Shown: positions 45,760 to 55,300, numbered from the stretch's first letter. The stretch is DNA of 64,000 nt from an uncultured Spirochaetales bacterium (GCA_964384485.1 CAYLLE010000003.1:9125-73124), one strand, 5' to 3'. Translations and numbers: made by a program. Notes: generated by a model not told the origin, from the letters alone.

Positions 45760-48700
45760 TTAATATATCCGTTCAACCGAAATACCGTTACCGTATCTCC
45801 GGAGGATTTCCCTGCCTGCCTTATCGTACCGGAAAGAAACGGTACCGGTCTCATCTTCCGCCGCAACAAGGTTTCCCCGCCGATCGTACCGGTATCCGAT
45901 TTCTCTTCCGGTTCCGGTACTGATCCAGGTCCGGTTTCCTCCGGGACCGTATCCAAATCCGTACTCCATACCCGAACCGTTCTCCGTCAGACCCGTAATT
46001 CTCCCCGCCTTATCGTACGCCAAAAAATACAGGCCGTCCCGGCTCGCCGCTTCCCGGAGATATCCATCCTGACCGTACCGGTATGAATAGAGCACCGTTT
46101 CTCCCTGCCGGATACCGGTAAGCCGGTTCATGCAGTCGTAACTGTAGGAGATGGATTTTCCGTCCGGAAAAGATACTTCGGCCGGGTTCCCCCGGATATC
46201 GTAACGGTATTCAGCTTCATAAGCGGCCGCCTCCTTTATAACCCGGCTTTGCGCGTCATACCGGAATACATATTCCCGTTCCTCAGGGGTAATGATGCTG
46301 ATACAGTTGCCTCCGGCATCGTACGTAAAGGTTTGGGCCGGTCCTTCATCGACCGCGAGGCTGACACAGTCGCCGGCCGGAGAGTACCCGTAGGTGATCC
46401 GGCTTCCGCAGCTGTCGGTCCGGGTTACAACGTTTCCTCCGGGACCGTAGGCGTAACGGATCTCCGCGCCCGAGGGATCACGCCTTACGGTCATCCTGCG
46501 GGCGGCATCGTATTCCCGGGTCCAGGTATTCCCCTCCGGGTCGGTCTCTGAAGCGGGATTACCATTTTTATCATATCCATAACTCCAGTCGTTTCCTTCT
46601 TCATCCCGGTACCCGGTGAGTCTCCGGGCACCGTCATAGGTGAAAGATACACTGCTTCCATCTGCTTTGCTGATCTTTTCCAGATGCCCTTCCGCTGTGT
46701 AGGTGTATTTTACCGTACCGAGTACCCGGTCATGCCGTTCGGTCAGTCTTCCTAATAAGTCATACCGGTACGATATTTCGTTCTTCCCTTCCGTGGTGAT
46801 CCCGGTAATATCACCTGCCGGGTTGTACCGGTACTGCCGGGTGCTTCCGTCTGGATGAAGGACTTCGGTGATTCGGGGTCCGTCCCTCCGGTACTCACGG
46901 CGGAACCCCTCCTGGTCGGTCCGGGACACCAGCCTGCCCATCCCATCGTATCCGAATCTGACCGTCCCGCCGTCCGGATAAACCCGTTTTACGCACTTGC
47001 CGTGATCTCCGTAGTATGACCGGGTAATTCCGCCGAGGGGATTTTCGTACCGTATACAGTTCCCCGATCTATATTCCCAGACGGAGACACCTCCCCGGGA
47101 ATTCTCTTTCCGAATTAGACGGCCCGACTTATCATACCCGTATCCGGTAATACCTCCGCCCGGATCGGTAACCTCGGTGACCCTGCCGCAGCCGTCATAC
47201 CGGAACCTTCTGATCCCGCCTGCGGAAAGCAGCCTTTCTTCGGTACAGTTCCCCCGGCAGTCGTACTCGAATTCGGTAACACACCCGTTTTCCGTTTTCC
47301 GGATAATCCTGCCGCAGCCGTTGTACTGAAGCTCCAGACTAATGCCCGAACCTTCCGCCCGTACCTGATTGTGCCGCGTGTCGTATCCGAATGTCACGGT
47401 TGATCCGTTTTTTCCGGTATACGAAATCATGTCGCCTCTTAGGCTGTAACTCCATTTTTCCGTTCCTCCGGCAGGATCAACAGCGCCGGTTAGTCTGCCC
47501 AGAGAATCATACACGTAGGTGTATCTGCCGCCGTACGGATTTACATATCCGGTACAGTGCCCGTAATCATCATAGAAGAACGCTTCCCGGCCTCCGCTGT
47601 CATAAAGAATCTTTTCCAATTGTCCATCAGGGCCGTACCGGTATTCAGTCAACCGGTTTTCTTCATCGGTGATTGTCTTTATGTTCCCGTTTCGGTCACG
47701 GGAAACCGTTAAACGGCCCCGCCACGAATTAACTTCTTCCGGAAACGCTGTAGCGCCGTAATCGAAATACACAGTCCGGCCTTGTAAGTCGGTTGCCCGG
47801 ATCATCCTCCCTTCCGTGTCAAATTCTCTTTCAAGGATTTCACCGGACGGCAGATAAACCGCGGTACGGTTATTCCGGGAATCATATGTAAACGCGGTGA
47901 CATTGCCGCAGCCGTCCCGCAGCCGGATTAAATTACCCCGGCTGTCGTATTCCCGGGCAGCTTCCGTGCCGTCATCGTACCGTCTGCGAATTTCCCGGCC
48001 CCGGTTATCGAAATAGTACCGGATCCGGTTACCGCATTTATCGGTAAAACAGGCCGATCCGTCCGCTTCGGAATACTCGTACGTTTCGCGGTACCCTTCC
48101 TCGTCGGTGACCCTCCGGACGCGCCGGGGTTCATGGGCGGTGTATTCATAGGTGATGGAAGAACCGTCTTCCCGGGAGATTTGTGTTAGATAGGGTCCGG
48201 TATAGGAAAATAATACGGTCACTCCCCCAGGATCAGTTACCGAGGTGAGTCGATGTTCCGGATCGTAACCATATATGTAAGCCCTGCCTCCCGGTCCGGA
48301 AACTTCTGTTATAAGTCCGAATTTATTCTTTTTTATCCGGCACCGGTTTCCGAAGGGGTCGGTTATTTCTTCCAGTTCTCCCGAAGCACCGTATGTATAG
48401 AGGTACGCTTTACCGGTGCTTTTTCTGTCGGCCGTCAGTCTTCCGAATTTGTCAAAATATTCCCGCGCAGTCTGTTTTTTTTTCAGGGTGATGGTCCCGT
48501 CTTCCAAAATTATTCCGGTTTCAGCACCGCTCTGACTCCGCAGAACTGTTTCTCCGGGGAGGAATCTGGCAATCCCCTCGCCTTTCGGCTCTGCGGATAA
48601 ATCTACATCTCCTAAATAGTAGATAACCGGAGTTCCGGCAGCGTCAATATAGGTTATGGTCCCGGTACCGGTCCATGAGAGTGACGGGTCAGAACCGGAA

Positions 48701-49917
48701 GGAAGGGTATACCGGTTGAGCTGCCCGATATAGCGGGAGTAGTTCTCCTCCTGGGTAAACCGGCTGATGGATTCGTCAGTTTCACTTCTCAAGTCATCTA
48801 TTACAGCGAGACGGCAGGTTGACCCGGATAGCAAATCCCTGTTCTCCCCCGCCGCTGTAAGCCGCCGAAAGATTTCGGATTTATACAATCCGAACACCTC
48901 AATCTCACTCAGGAGCCGCTCGTTCACCGGCGGCCGGGTTTCGGCAGCTATTATCGTCTCAAGCGCTTCTATTGTTTCTTCTATCTGTTCCAACCGGTCG
49001 CGGTAAAACGAGATAATATCATCAATGACGGTAAAACCGCGGGAATACATACCGAAGGCATCGTCTTTCTTCCGATCAAGTTCTTCCGACAGTAATTCAG
49101 AAAGCTCCTTCTTTTGCCCGCTTCCCGGATCATGGCCGAAAATGATGCGGCGGTCTCCACCGAATGCCCAGGACTCGCCAAACGAAATTCCAGTCCGGAT
49201 AAAGCTGCCGTAACTCCGCAGTACAGGTATTCCCCGTCCCTCCGTTACGTCTTCCTGACTGAACCAGAGCTCACCGGTTGAAACACGCACCGGATCACCG
49301 GTCAGGGGAGAGTTATACCCGTCACCCCTTTCCTCTGCATGTTCTATGGAATCAAGAAGAAGCTCATCCATTTCCCTGCACTGATCGAGGAAATCTTCGT
49401 ACAGATCAACACTTTCCTTCTCCGCTGTCTTCATTTTTTCGTCAAGCTCTTCCGGATCCGGGAATCCCGCTTCACCGGGATCATCTTCAAGGAAAAGGGA
49501 GATTTCGGACGGAGGTGTACCTTCGGAAATAAATACCGTTTCCCATTCTGCCGGATAACTTTTTACAACCGGAGGATTATATTCAACCCATTCAACGATC
49601 TCCTCGTATTCGGCATAGTACCCCCAGGTAATATGAAATATTCCGCCTTCTGTATACCAGAAGTATTCGTATCCCTCCTGTTCAAGGTTCAGTAAGTATT
49701 CATCACTGAATCCGCCGGGGTCGCTTGTTGTATCCTTTCCCGCCGTGACCCAGCCTTCTTTTATCACCGTTGTAACCCATTCACCTTCTATCACCTCTTC
49801 ATATGCTTCCTTAATCAGTATTTCGATGGGATATCCGCCGTCCCCCGCTCCCGCGGTCAGCGGATTGAACAAAAAATAGGAAAGTATTCCGCAGATAAAC
49901 AAGTAATAAAACCGCAT
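45760..49917 (-). CDS. RHS/YD-repeat protein, N-terminal 1385 codons: signal peptide, acidic N-domain, YD-repeat shell. Ends at an in-frame TAA.
   Basis: MRFYYLFICGILSYFLFNPLTAGA signal peptide, GDPVRVSTGELW plug motif, and dozens of YxYDxxGRL-type repeats. RBS AAGGAGGA lies 4 nt upstream. Confidence 0.85.
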   Translation of the reverse strand: MRFYYLFICGILSYFLFNPLTAGAGDGGYPIEILIKEAYEEVIEGEWVTTVIKEGWVTAGKDTTSDPGGFSDEYLLNLEQEGYEYFWYTEGGIFHITWGYYAEYEEIVEWVEYNPPVVKSYPAEWETVFISEGTPPSEISLFLEDDPGEAGFPDPEELDEKMKTAEKESVDLYEDFLDQCREMDELLLDSIEHAEERGDGYNSPLTGDPVRVSTGELWFSQEDVTEGRGIPVLRSYGSFIRTGISFGESWAFGGDRRIIFGHDPGSGQKKELSELLSEELDRKKDDAFGMYSRGFTVIDDIISFYRDRLEQIEETIEALETIIAAETRPPVNERLLSEIEVFGLYKSEIFRRLTAAGENRDLLSGSTCRLAVIDDLRSETDESISRFTQEENYSRYIGQLNRYTLPSGSDPSLSWTGTGTITYIDAAGTPVIYYLGDVDLSAEPKGEGIARFLPGETVLRSQSGAETGIILEDGTITLKKKQTAREYFDKFGRLTADRKSTGKAYLYTYGASGELEEITDPFGNRCRIKKNKFGLITEVSGPGGRAYIYGYDPEHRLTSVTDPGGVTVLFSYTGPYLTQISREDGSSITYEYTAHEPRRVRRVTDEEGYRETYEYSEADGSACFTDKCGNRIRYYFDNRGREIRRRYDDGTEAAREYDSRGNLIRLRDGCGNVTAFTYDSRNNRTAVYLPSGEILEREFDTEGRMIRATDLQGRTVYFDYGATAFPEEVNSWRGRLTVSRDRNGNIKTITDEENRLTEYRYGPDGQLEKILYDSGGREAFFYDDYGHCTGYVNPYGGRYTYVYDSLGRLTGAVDPAGGTEKWSYSLRGDMISYTGKNGSTVTFGYDTRHNQVRAEGSGISLELQYNGCGRIIRKTENGCVTEFEYDCRGNCTEERLLSAGGIRRFRYDGCGRVTEVTDPGGGITGYGYDKSGRLIRKENSRGGVSVWEYRSGNCIRYENPLGGITRSYYGDHGKCVKRVYPDGGTVRFGYDGMGRLVSRTDQEGFRREYRRDGPRITEVLHPDGSTRQYRYNPAGDITGITTEGKNEISYRYDLLGRLTERHDRVLGTVKYTYTAEGHLEKISKADGSSVSFTYDGARRLTGYRDEEGNDWSYGYDKNGNPASETDPEGNTWTREYDAARRMTVRRDPSGAEIRYAYGPGGNVVTRTDSCGSRITYGYSPAGDCVSLAVDEGPAQTFTYDAGGNCISIITPEEREYVFRYDAQSRVIKEAAAYEAEYRYDIRGNPAEVSFPDGKSISYSYDCMNRLTGIRQGETVLYSYRYGQDGYLREAASRDGLYFLAYDKAGRITGLTENGSGMEYGFGYGPGGNRTWISTGTGREIGYRYDRRGNLVAAEDETGTVSFRYDKAGREILRRYGNGISVERIY

Positions 49918-49926
49918 AAATCCTCC

Positions 49927-51258
49927 TTATTCATACCAGATACGGTACAGAAAACCGGGTCCCTCGGGATAACAGGGAACCCATTCTGAATCACTCACAA
50001 AAGCCATCGGAATCTCCACGGGAAAGTTTCTGAAGTACTCCGGATAATGCCGGGCGGGAAATCCTGAAGGATCAAGGGGTACAAGGTGTACCGAAAGCAA
50101 GCCAAGGGGACCAGGCATCTCATGATGGGCGCCGCCGAAAAGGAGAGCCCTGTCCAATACCCGGAGGAGTTCATCCGTTTTTGGTTTGATTTCGGGGAAT
50201 TCCTCGGCCAAAAGGGAGCATAGATGCTTGATGTCAAGATTCAGATCCCCGGGGATTTCATAAAATCCCGCGGTTCGCCGGAACAGTACCGTCCGGATCC
50301 GGTCTCGGGCGTCCGGCTCGGCGCAGATGCTGTAGAGGAGACCGGCAAGCTCATTAAACCGGACTGCCAGCTCATCAATCACAGCTAAATCAAAAACACC
50401 GTACGCGAATCCCGGATAGGAGCCGTACCGTTCCAGGCATACTTCACCGGCAAGAACTCCCGCCGATTCGGCACTGATCTCTCCGGAACCGCTTAATCTG
50501 GAAAAATATTCACCGTAGGGAATACCTTCTTCGGGCATTCGGCCTTCCGGGCCGGCCATTACCCGGGAGATATTCCGGAGCTCGTAAGCGGTTTCGATCA
50601 TGCCGGCATAACTCGCGTCGAAGACAATCAGGTCCGGACCGATTCCCGCCAAGGCCCGGGATATTTCCGGAATATCAAGCCCGTCTCCCCGGGCGGCAAC
50701 ATCGGGACAGTAGGTTTTTTCTCCCCCGGTTACTCCCGCCGGTCTTATTCCCGATCCGTGACCCCAGAGAATCAGTCCGTATTCTTCGGCGGGAAATGTT
50801 TCCCGGCCGTACCGCAGAAACTCCCGGAGTACAATAGAGGATCCAAGATTCAGTTCCGTGCCGGGGGGACAGAAGGGGGCATTCCGGACCGTTTCGAGTC
50901 CGTCCGGTGTTTTCAGAAGAAGTTCCGTCGATCCCGGAAACCTTCTGTCCGATAGAATGAGTATGGTAATTTGTTCCGGCTGAATTGCCGCGTTTTCTAT
51001 TTCGTCCAAATCCGCGGCAGCCTGGTCTTCCAAATTGTTATCGCCGCTCATGTAGATAAGGATGGTCATTTCGGGTATCTCTTCCGGCTCTTCTTCGGGC
51101 GGAGGTTCTTCATCGGGTTCTTCCGGCTCCGGTTCCGCCGGATCTTCCGGAAGCGGCTCAGTATCAGCGGGCAGTTCTGTCCGGTCCAAAATCCTGACGC
51201 CGCAGGAAATACATACTGCCGCGATAAGGATGACCGCAATAAGGGCGAGTTTATTCAT
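49927..51258 (-). CDS. Clostripain-like (peptidase C11, clan CD) lipoprotein with Ser at the catalytic-Cys position
   Basis: Lipobox AAVCISCG, then a Pro/Glu linker. ILIYMSGDNNL, LILWGHGSG (catalytic His context), LIVFDASYAGM where the family normally has FDAC. Confidence 0.65.
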   Translation of the reverse strand: MNKLALIAVILIAAVCISCGVRILDRTELPADTEPLPEDPAEPEPEEPDEEPPPEEEPEEIPEMTILIYMSGDNNLEDQAAADLDEIENAAIQPEQITILILSDRRFPGSTELLLKTPDGLETVRNAPFCPPGTELNLGSSIVLREFLRYGRETFPAEEYGLILWGHGSGIRPAGVTGGEKTYCPDVAARGDGLDIPEISRALAGIGPDLIVFDASYAGMIETAYELRNISRVMAGPEGRMPEEGIPYGEYFSRLSGSGEISAESAGVLAGEVCLERYGSYPGFAYGVFDLAVIDELAVRFNELAGLLYSICAEPDARDRIRTVLFRRTAGFYEIPGDLNLDIKHLCSLLAEEFPEIKPKTDELLRVLDRALLFGGAHHEMPGPLGLLSVHLVPLDPSGFPARHYPEYFRNFPVEIPMAFVSDSEWVPCYPEGPGFLYRIWYE

Positions 51259-51700
51259 GGACCGGCTCCCGCAGGGTGATCATTCCGGGGTATATACACA
51301 ATCCGAAAATATCGTCCCAGGTATCTTCTCCAAAACAGATCCGGGAAATTCTAAATTGATCGACCGTGGTTTCTGAGAGTATTTCACCGGTATATTCCAA
51401 CGGAATAATTCCGGTAAACTCACTCTCCGGCGGTATCGACCCGCTGTAGCTGAACTTTCTAGACAGATGTAAATCCGGTACATGTTCTTCTTTGCCGGGA
51501 TACAGATAAAAGGAACCGGAAAAACCGGTAATGGTACGGGAATCCCGATTGCGGATTGTATAGGAAATGAACGCCTGATCCGTTTCAATCAATGATGCCT
51601 TTGAAAATACCAGAGGGGGGTTCGGGACATAACCGCACCCGGAGAACATCACAGAGAGCAGTCCGCAGAAAAGACTCAAAACGGCTTTCTTCCGGAACAT
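51251..51700 (-). CDS. Hypothetical small lipoprotein, first gene of the RHS operon
   Basis: MFRKKAVLSLFCGLLSVMFSGCG lipobox. RBS AAGGAGG. 8-nt overlap with the C11-like gene. Confidence 0.6.
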   Translation of the reverse strand: MFRKKAVLSLFCGLLSVMFSGCGYVPNPPLVFSKASLIETDQAFISYTIRNRDSRTITGFSGSFYLYPGKEEHVPDLHLSRKFSYSGSIPPESEFTGIIPLEYTGEILSETTVDQFRISRICFGEDTWDDIFGLCIYPGMITLREPVHE

Positions 51701-51936
51701 AAAACGGCCTCCTTTCCGCGAACCTGTTCGGGGGAAAGAACAGGCCGCGGCAAAAATGTTTTCTTCACTTTTATTTACCGTTTCGGGATGGAGAAAAATT
51801 CAAAATTGATTAAAAAAGTTTTTTGATTATTGCGGAATTAGACAGTAAATCCCGGTCAAGCCCTTATGTGATATAGAAGCTGGCATGCCTATACATAACA
51901 CGGAAAAATAAATCGGATTGACCGGAAATTGCGGAA

Positions 51937-52602
51937 TTAAGTGGTTTTCTGCTCCAGCCCCGTCAGGATAAACCGGATAAACTGCCGGGTTTCGTTTTTC
52001 AGATCTTCCGGCGGAACAGGCAATGAGTATAATTCCCGGTCCAGTACATCCCGGTATGAAAAGTTATACTTATCACCAAGGTAATCTTCGAATTCTATGG
52101 ATAGATGGATAATGAGCAGAGCCGCTGTTTCAATATCCAATCCGTCTCTTAATTTTCCCCTTTCCTGGGCCCGGGCAAGAACCTGGCGCATCATATCATT
52201 TGCCTGCCCCAGGAGTCCGGCTGATATATCCGAAAGCACGGGATCGGAACGTTCCCTGGCGTTCCTGTAGAGAATACCGCTGGTGCGGGGATGACTCAGG
52301 TTGTATTCCATACTGCTGTAAAAGAGGACTTCAAGCACATCATACAGGGAGTCTTCCTCCGGTTTCAGGAGGGGGGCAAGATAAGCCAATTTTTCCCGCG
52401 CCGCGTATTCCACGAGATAGGAATAAAGATCCTTTTTGTCCCGGAAGTACTGATATAGACTCCCCTTCGGGATCTCCGCGTCCTGAACAATCTTGTCGAG
52501 AACCACCGAGGGATAACTGTATTTGGCAAACTCTATCAGCGCCGCGGATATTATCCTTTCTTTCTTATCTTCAGGTAAATGGAAAAATGTTTCTGTGGGC
52601 AT
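51937..52602 (-). CDS. TetR-family transcriptional regulator
   Basis: N-terminal HTH region KKERIISAALIEFAKYSYPSVVLDKIVQDAEIPKGSLYQYFRDKKDLY. Start set at ATG 52602 (MPTETFF), parallel to the paralog's MPKETFI. Confidence 0.85.
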   Translation of the reverse strand: MPTETFFHLPEDKKERIISAALIEFAKYSYPSVVLDKIVQDAEIPKGSLYQYFRDKKDLYSYLVEYAAREKLAYLAPLLKPEEDSLYDVLEVLFYSSMEYNLSHPRTSGILYRNARERSDPVLSDISAGLLGQANDMMRQVLARAQERGKLRDGLDIETAALLIIHLSIEFEDYLGDKYNFSYRDVLDRELYSLPVPPEDLKNETRQFIRFILTGLEQKTT

Positions 52603-52744
52603 ACCGGGAATATTACAAAAAAATGACCGAAAAGTCACTTTTTTTTTGAAAATTATTGACAGCAGCGGCGGAATACATTAGATTGTGACCATACAGTCAT
52701 ATGACCGATAAGTCATATGACTCAAAGGTCATAGAGGAAGGATT
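52603..52744. promoter_or_regulatory. Divergent TetR promoter/operator region
   Basis: Perfect 10-bp palindromes GTCATATGAC at 52696..52705 and 52712..52721, plus half-sites (ATGAC 52624, GTCAC 52634, GTGAC 52685, GTCATA 52728). Plus-strand TTGACA (52656)-17-TAGATT (52679). Minus-strand GTGACT-17-TAATAT ends 8 nt before ATG 52602. Confidence 0.6.
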
Positions 52745-53383
52745 ATGCCGAAAGAGACATTCATAAACTTAGATGAGGGCAAAAAGACACGAATCCGGGA
52801 CGCCGCGGCGGCCGAGTTCGCGGCCCGGGGTTACAAGGGAGCTTCCGTGGGCAGGATTGCCCGGGAAGCTGGAGTCGCGAAGGGCAGTATGTATCAGTAC
52901 TTCGAAAACAAGGAAGCCTTGTTCAATTATTTGATCGACTCCTCCATGGAGATGAAACTCGCCTTTTTCCGCTCCCGGGGAACGGAGATAACCGGAGATA
53001 ATTTTTTCAAACGGCTCCGGAGTCTGATAATTCTCGGTCTTGAGTTCGCGAGACTTCATCCTGACCTGCAGCAGATCGGAGAGAGCCTCCTGAAGAAAGA
53101 TGTCCTCCCCGCCGCGGTTTCGGAGCGGATCGATGCAAAATTGAAAGTCAAGAGTGATGAGATTTATCGGACAATGATCCTGTCCGGAATTGAGGAAGGA
53201 GATATCCGGAAAGATATCGACCCCGCCCTCGCCGCCTTCGCCGTAAATTCGGTGATGAAGGGCATGGGCGAGATGATCATGGGTGAACGGTTATCTGATG
53301 AAGAGATCAAATCCCTAAGCGGTTCGGTAACGGATTTTATCCGCAGGGGGATAGAAAAGGAAAAGGAGAAAATTGATGATTAA
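52745..53383 (+). CDS. TetR-family transcriptional regulator, first gene of the ABC-2 exporter operon
   Basis: KKTRIRDAAAAEFAARGYKGASVGRIAREAGVAKGSMYQYFENKEALF. RBS GAGGAAGG. Confidence 0.88.
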   Translation: MPKETFINLDEGKKTRIRDAAAAEFAARGYKGASVGRIAREAGVAKGSMYQYFENKEALFNYLIDSSMEMKLAFFRSRGTEITGDNFFKRLRSLIILGLEFARLHPDLQQIGESLLKKDVLPAAVSERIDAKLKVKSDEIYRTMILSGIEEGDIRKDIDPALAAFAVNSVMKGMGEMIMGERLSDEEIKSLSGSVTDFIRRGIEKEKEKIDD

Positions 53384-54233
53384 TGTGAAAAATCTGTATC
53401 ATGATTATGAAGGCAAGAAAAACTACGCGGTGGAAAATGTTTCGTTTACTATCGAGCAGGGGGAAATATTCGGTTTCCTCGGACCGAGCGGCGCGGGGAA
53501 AAGCACTGTCCAGGGGATAATGACCGGATTACTGCCGCTTCAGCAGGGGACAATTACCTACGGGGGAACATCAATCTCCCGGCAGTCCAAAAGTTTCTTT
53601 AACCGGATCGGAGTCAGCTTCGAGCATCCTAACCTGTACCTTAAGCTGACCGGTCTGGAAAATCTTAAATTTTACGCCGGGCTCTTTTCGGTTCCCACGG
53701 AAGATCCGGCAAAGCTGCTCAACATGGTAGGACTAAAAGCAGCGGCATACAAAAAAGCAAAATCATACTCAAAGGGAATGAAGCAGCGTCTCGTGTTCGC
53801 CCGGTCCGTGATAAACCGGCCGGATATTCTGTTTTTGGATGAGCCCCTGTCCGGACTCGATCCTACCACAGCCGCGGTTATCAAGGACATTATCCGGAAA
53901 AAGAAAGAGGAAGGATGCACCATATTCCTAACCACCCATAACATGTTCGTGGCGGAAGAACTTTGCGACCGGGTTGCCTTTATTAATGACGGTAAAATTG
54001 TGGCCATGGACGCCCCGAAGGAACTAAAGCTTGCCTACGGCGAACGGTCCGTTCGTGTGGAATACAAAAACAACGGGTCCGCGCCGGCGGAAGAAGTACT
54101 GTTCCTGGACCGGCGGGAAGACACGGAACGGTTTCAATATCTCTTAGCGCAGAAGGAAATACGGACGGTTCACTCCCAGGAAGCGACCCTGGAACAGATA
54201 TTCATGAAACTGACCGGAAGGGGGCTCGAATAA
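53373..54233 (+). CDS. ABC transporter ATP-binding protein (ABC-2/DrrA-like)
   Basis: Walker A GPSGAGKST, signature YSKGMKQRL, Walker B ILFLDEPLSGLD, H-loop TTHNM. Confidence 0.9.
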   Translation: MMINVKNLYHDYEGKKNYAVENVSFTIEQGEIFGFLGPSGAGKSTVQGIMTGLLPLQQGTITYGGTSISRQSKSFFNRIGVSFEHPNLYLKLTGLENLKFYAGLFSVPTEDPAKLLNMVGLKAAAYKKAKSYSKGMKQRLVFARSVINRPDILFLDEPLSGLDPTTAAVIKDIIRKKKEEGCTIFLTTHNMFVAEELCDRVAFINDGKIVAMDAPKELKLAYGERSVRVEYKNNGSAPAEEVLFLDRREDTERFQYLLAQKEIRTVHSQEATLEQIFMKLTGRGLE

Positions 54234-55300
54234 TGAAGCGGTTTATAACGTTATTAAAACAGGATTTTACCGTTTCCTTTAGAAACGGACATATATGGGT
54301 GATTCTTCTCCTCCTGGCAGTGATGATTACACTGGTCTACGTTATTCCGGAAAATATCAACACGGGGCACCGGGAACTCTTTCTCGACAGCACCGACTCC
54401 GGCTGGATATCGGAGAAACTCCAAGCCGCCGGAGTCGGCCGGGAAGCGATCTATCAGGATCGAGAAGGGATGATGGAAAAGCTGGAAGCGGAATCGGGAA
54501 TGATAGGGGTAATCGCGGAGGGTTCCGCCGGCGATCCCCGTTTTACCTTTGTCTATTACGGTGATATTCCGGAACAGAATTTGAACCTGCTGAAAGGCAG
54601 CATTGAATATGTCCTGGGAGAATCTGATACTCCGAAGTTCACTGTTGAATACCTCCGCTCCAAGGCTGATCCTGTACCCATGAATCTGTTCGGGATTCCG
54701 GTGTTTATTGTGTTTGAGGTAGTCCTCCTGGGTTTTCTTCTCGCGGCAGTACTGATTTTCCAGGAGAAACAGGAAGGATCTATCCGGGCTTACCGGGTGA
54801 GCCCGGGAGGAGCAGCGGGGTATCTCATATCGAAAACCCTTCTCTTTATGGTCTTGAGTATTTTCTACGGAGGCGTGCTCATAGCAGCATCTCTCGGAGC
54901 CGGAGTCAATTACGGGAAAGTTATCCTGTTGATCTGTATGGCTTCAACTCTGATGACCATGCTGGGAATTCTGGTGGCGTCTTTTTTCAACGGTTTATCG
55001 GACTGGTTTATAATCGGGCTGATAGTCCTCATCGGGAATATTCTGCCCTTTTTCAGTTACCTGATACCCAGCTTCGCGCCCGCTTACATTAAATGGATCC
55101 CATCGTATCATCTTATCTTTGCCATGAGGGAACTCCTCTTCCCCACCGGCGGAAGCGGGGCGTTCATGAAAGCCTTTACCGGGCTGCTCTGGCAGAACGG
55201 CATCGTGTTCATCGCGGCACTCTTTGTAGTAAAGCGGAAGCTGATGAGTGAACAGGGATTGTTTCATATTTCACGGAAGGAGAGTACTCGTTATGCTTAA
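54233..55300 (+). CDS. ABC-2-type transporter permease
   Basis: One N-terminal TM, an extracytoplasmic loop, then five clustered TMs. The start overlaps the ATPase stop. Confidence 0.75.
   Translation: MKRFITLLKQDFTVSFRNGHIWVILLLLAVMITLVYVIPENINTGHRELFLDSTDSGWISEKLQAAGVGREAIYQDREGMMEKLEAESGMIGVIAEGSAGDPRFTFVYYGDIPEQNLNLLKGSIEYVLGESDTPKFTVEYLRSKADPVPMNLFGIPVFIVFEVVLLGFLLAAVLIFQEKQEGSIRAYRVSPGGAAGYLISKTLLFMVLSIFYGGVLIAASLGAGVNYGKVILLICMASTLMTMLGILVASFFNGLSDWFIIGLIVLIGNILPFFSYLIPSFAPAYIKWIPSYHLIFAMRELLFPTGGSGAFMKAFTGLLWQNGIVFIAALFVVKRKLMSEQGLFHISRKESTRYA

Noticed and set aside
44035-49917. Stop-codon reassignment as an explanation for the in-frame TAA in RHS and the TAA/TAG stops in the EAL remnant.
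   Set aside because: TAA, TAG and TGA each terminate conserved genes at their expected C-termini in this window (asnS uses TAA, rpsD TAG, pcm TGA). The standard code therefore applies.
51870-51895. The TGGCATGCC string was considered as a sigma-54 promoter for the RHS operon.
   Set aside because: It has only a partial -24 match and no TTGC-like -12 element at the right spacing on the coding (minus) strand. The GGCATGCC core is simply palindromic.
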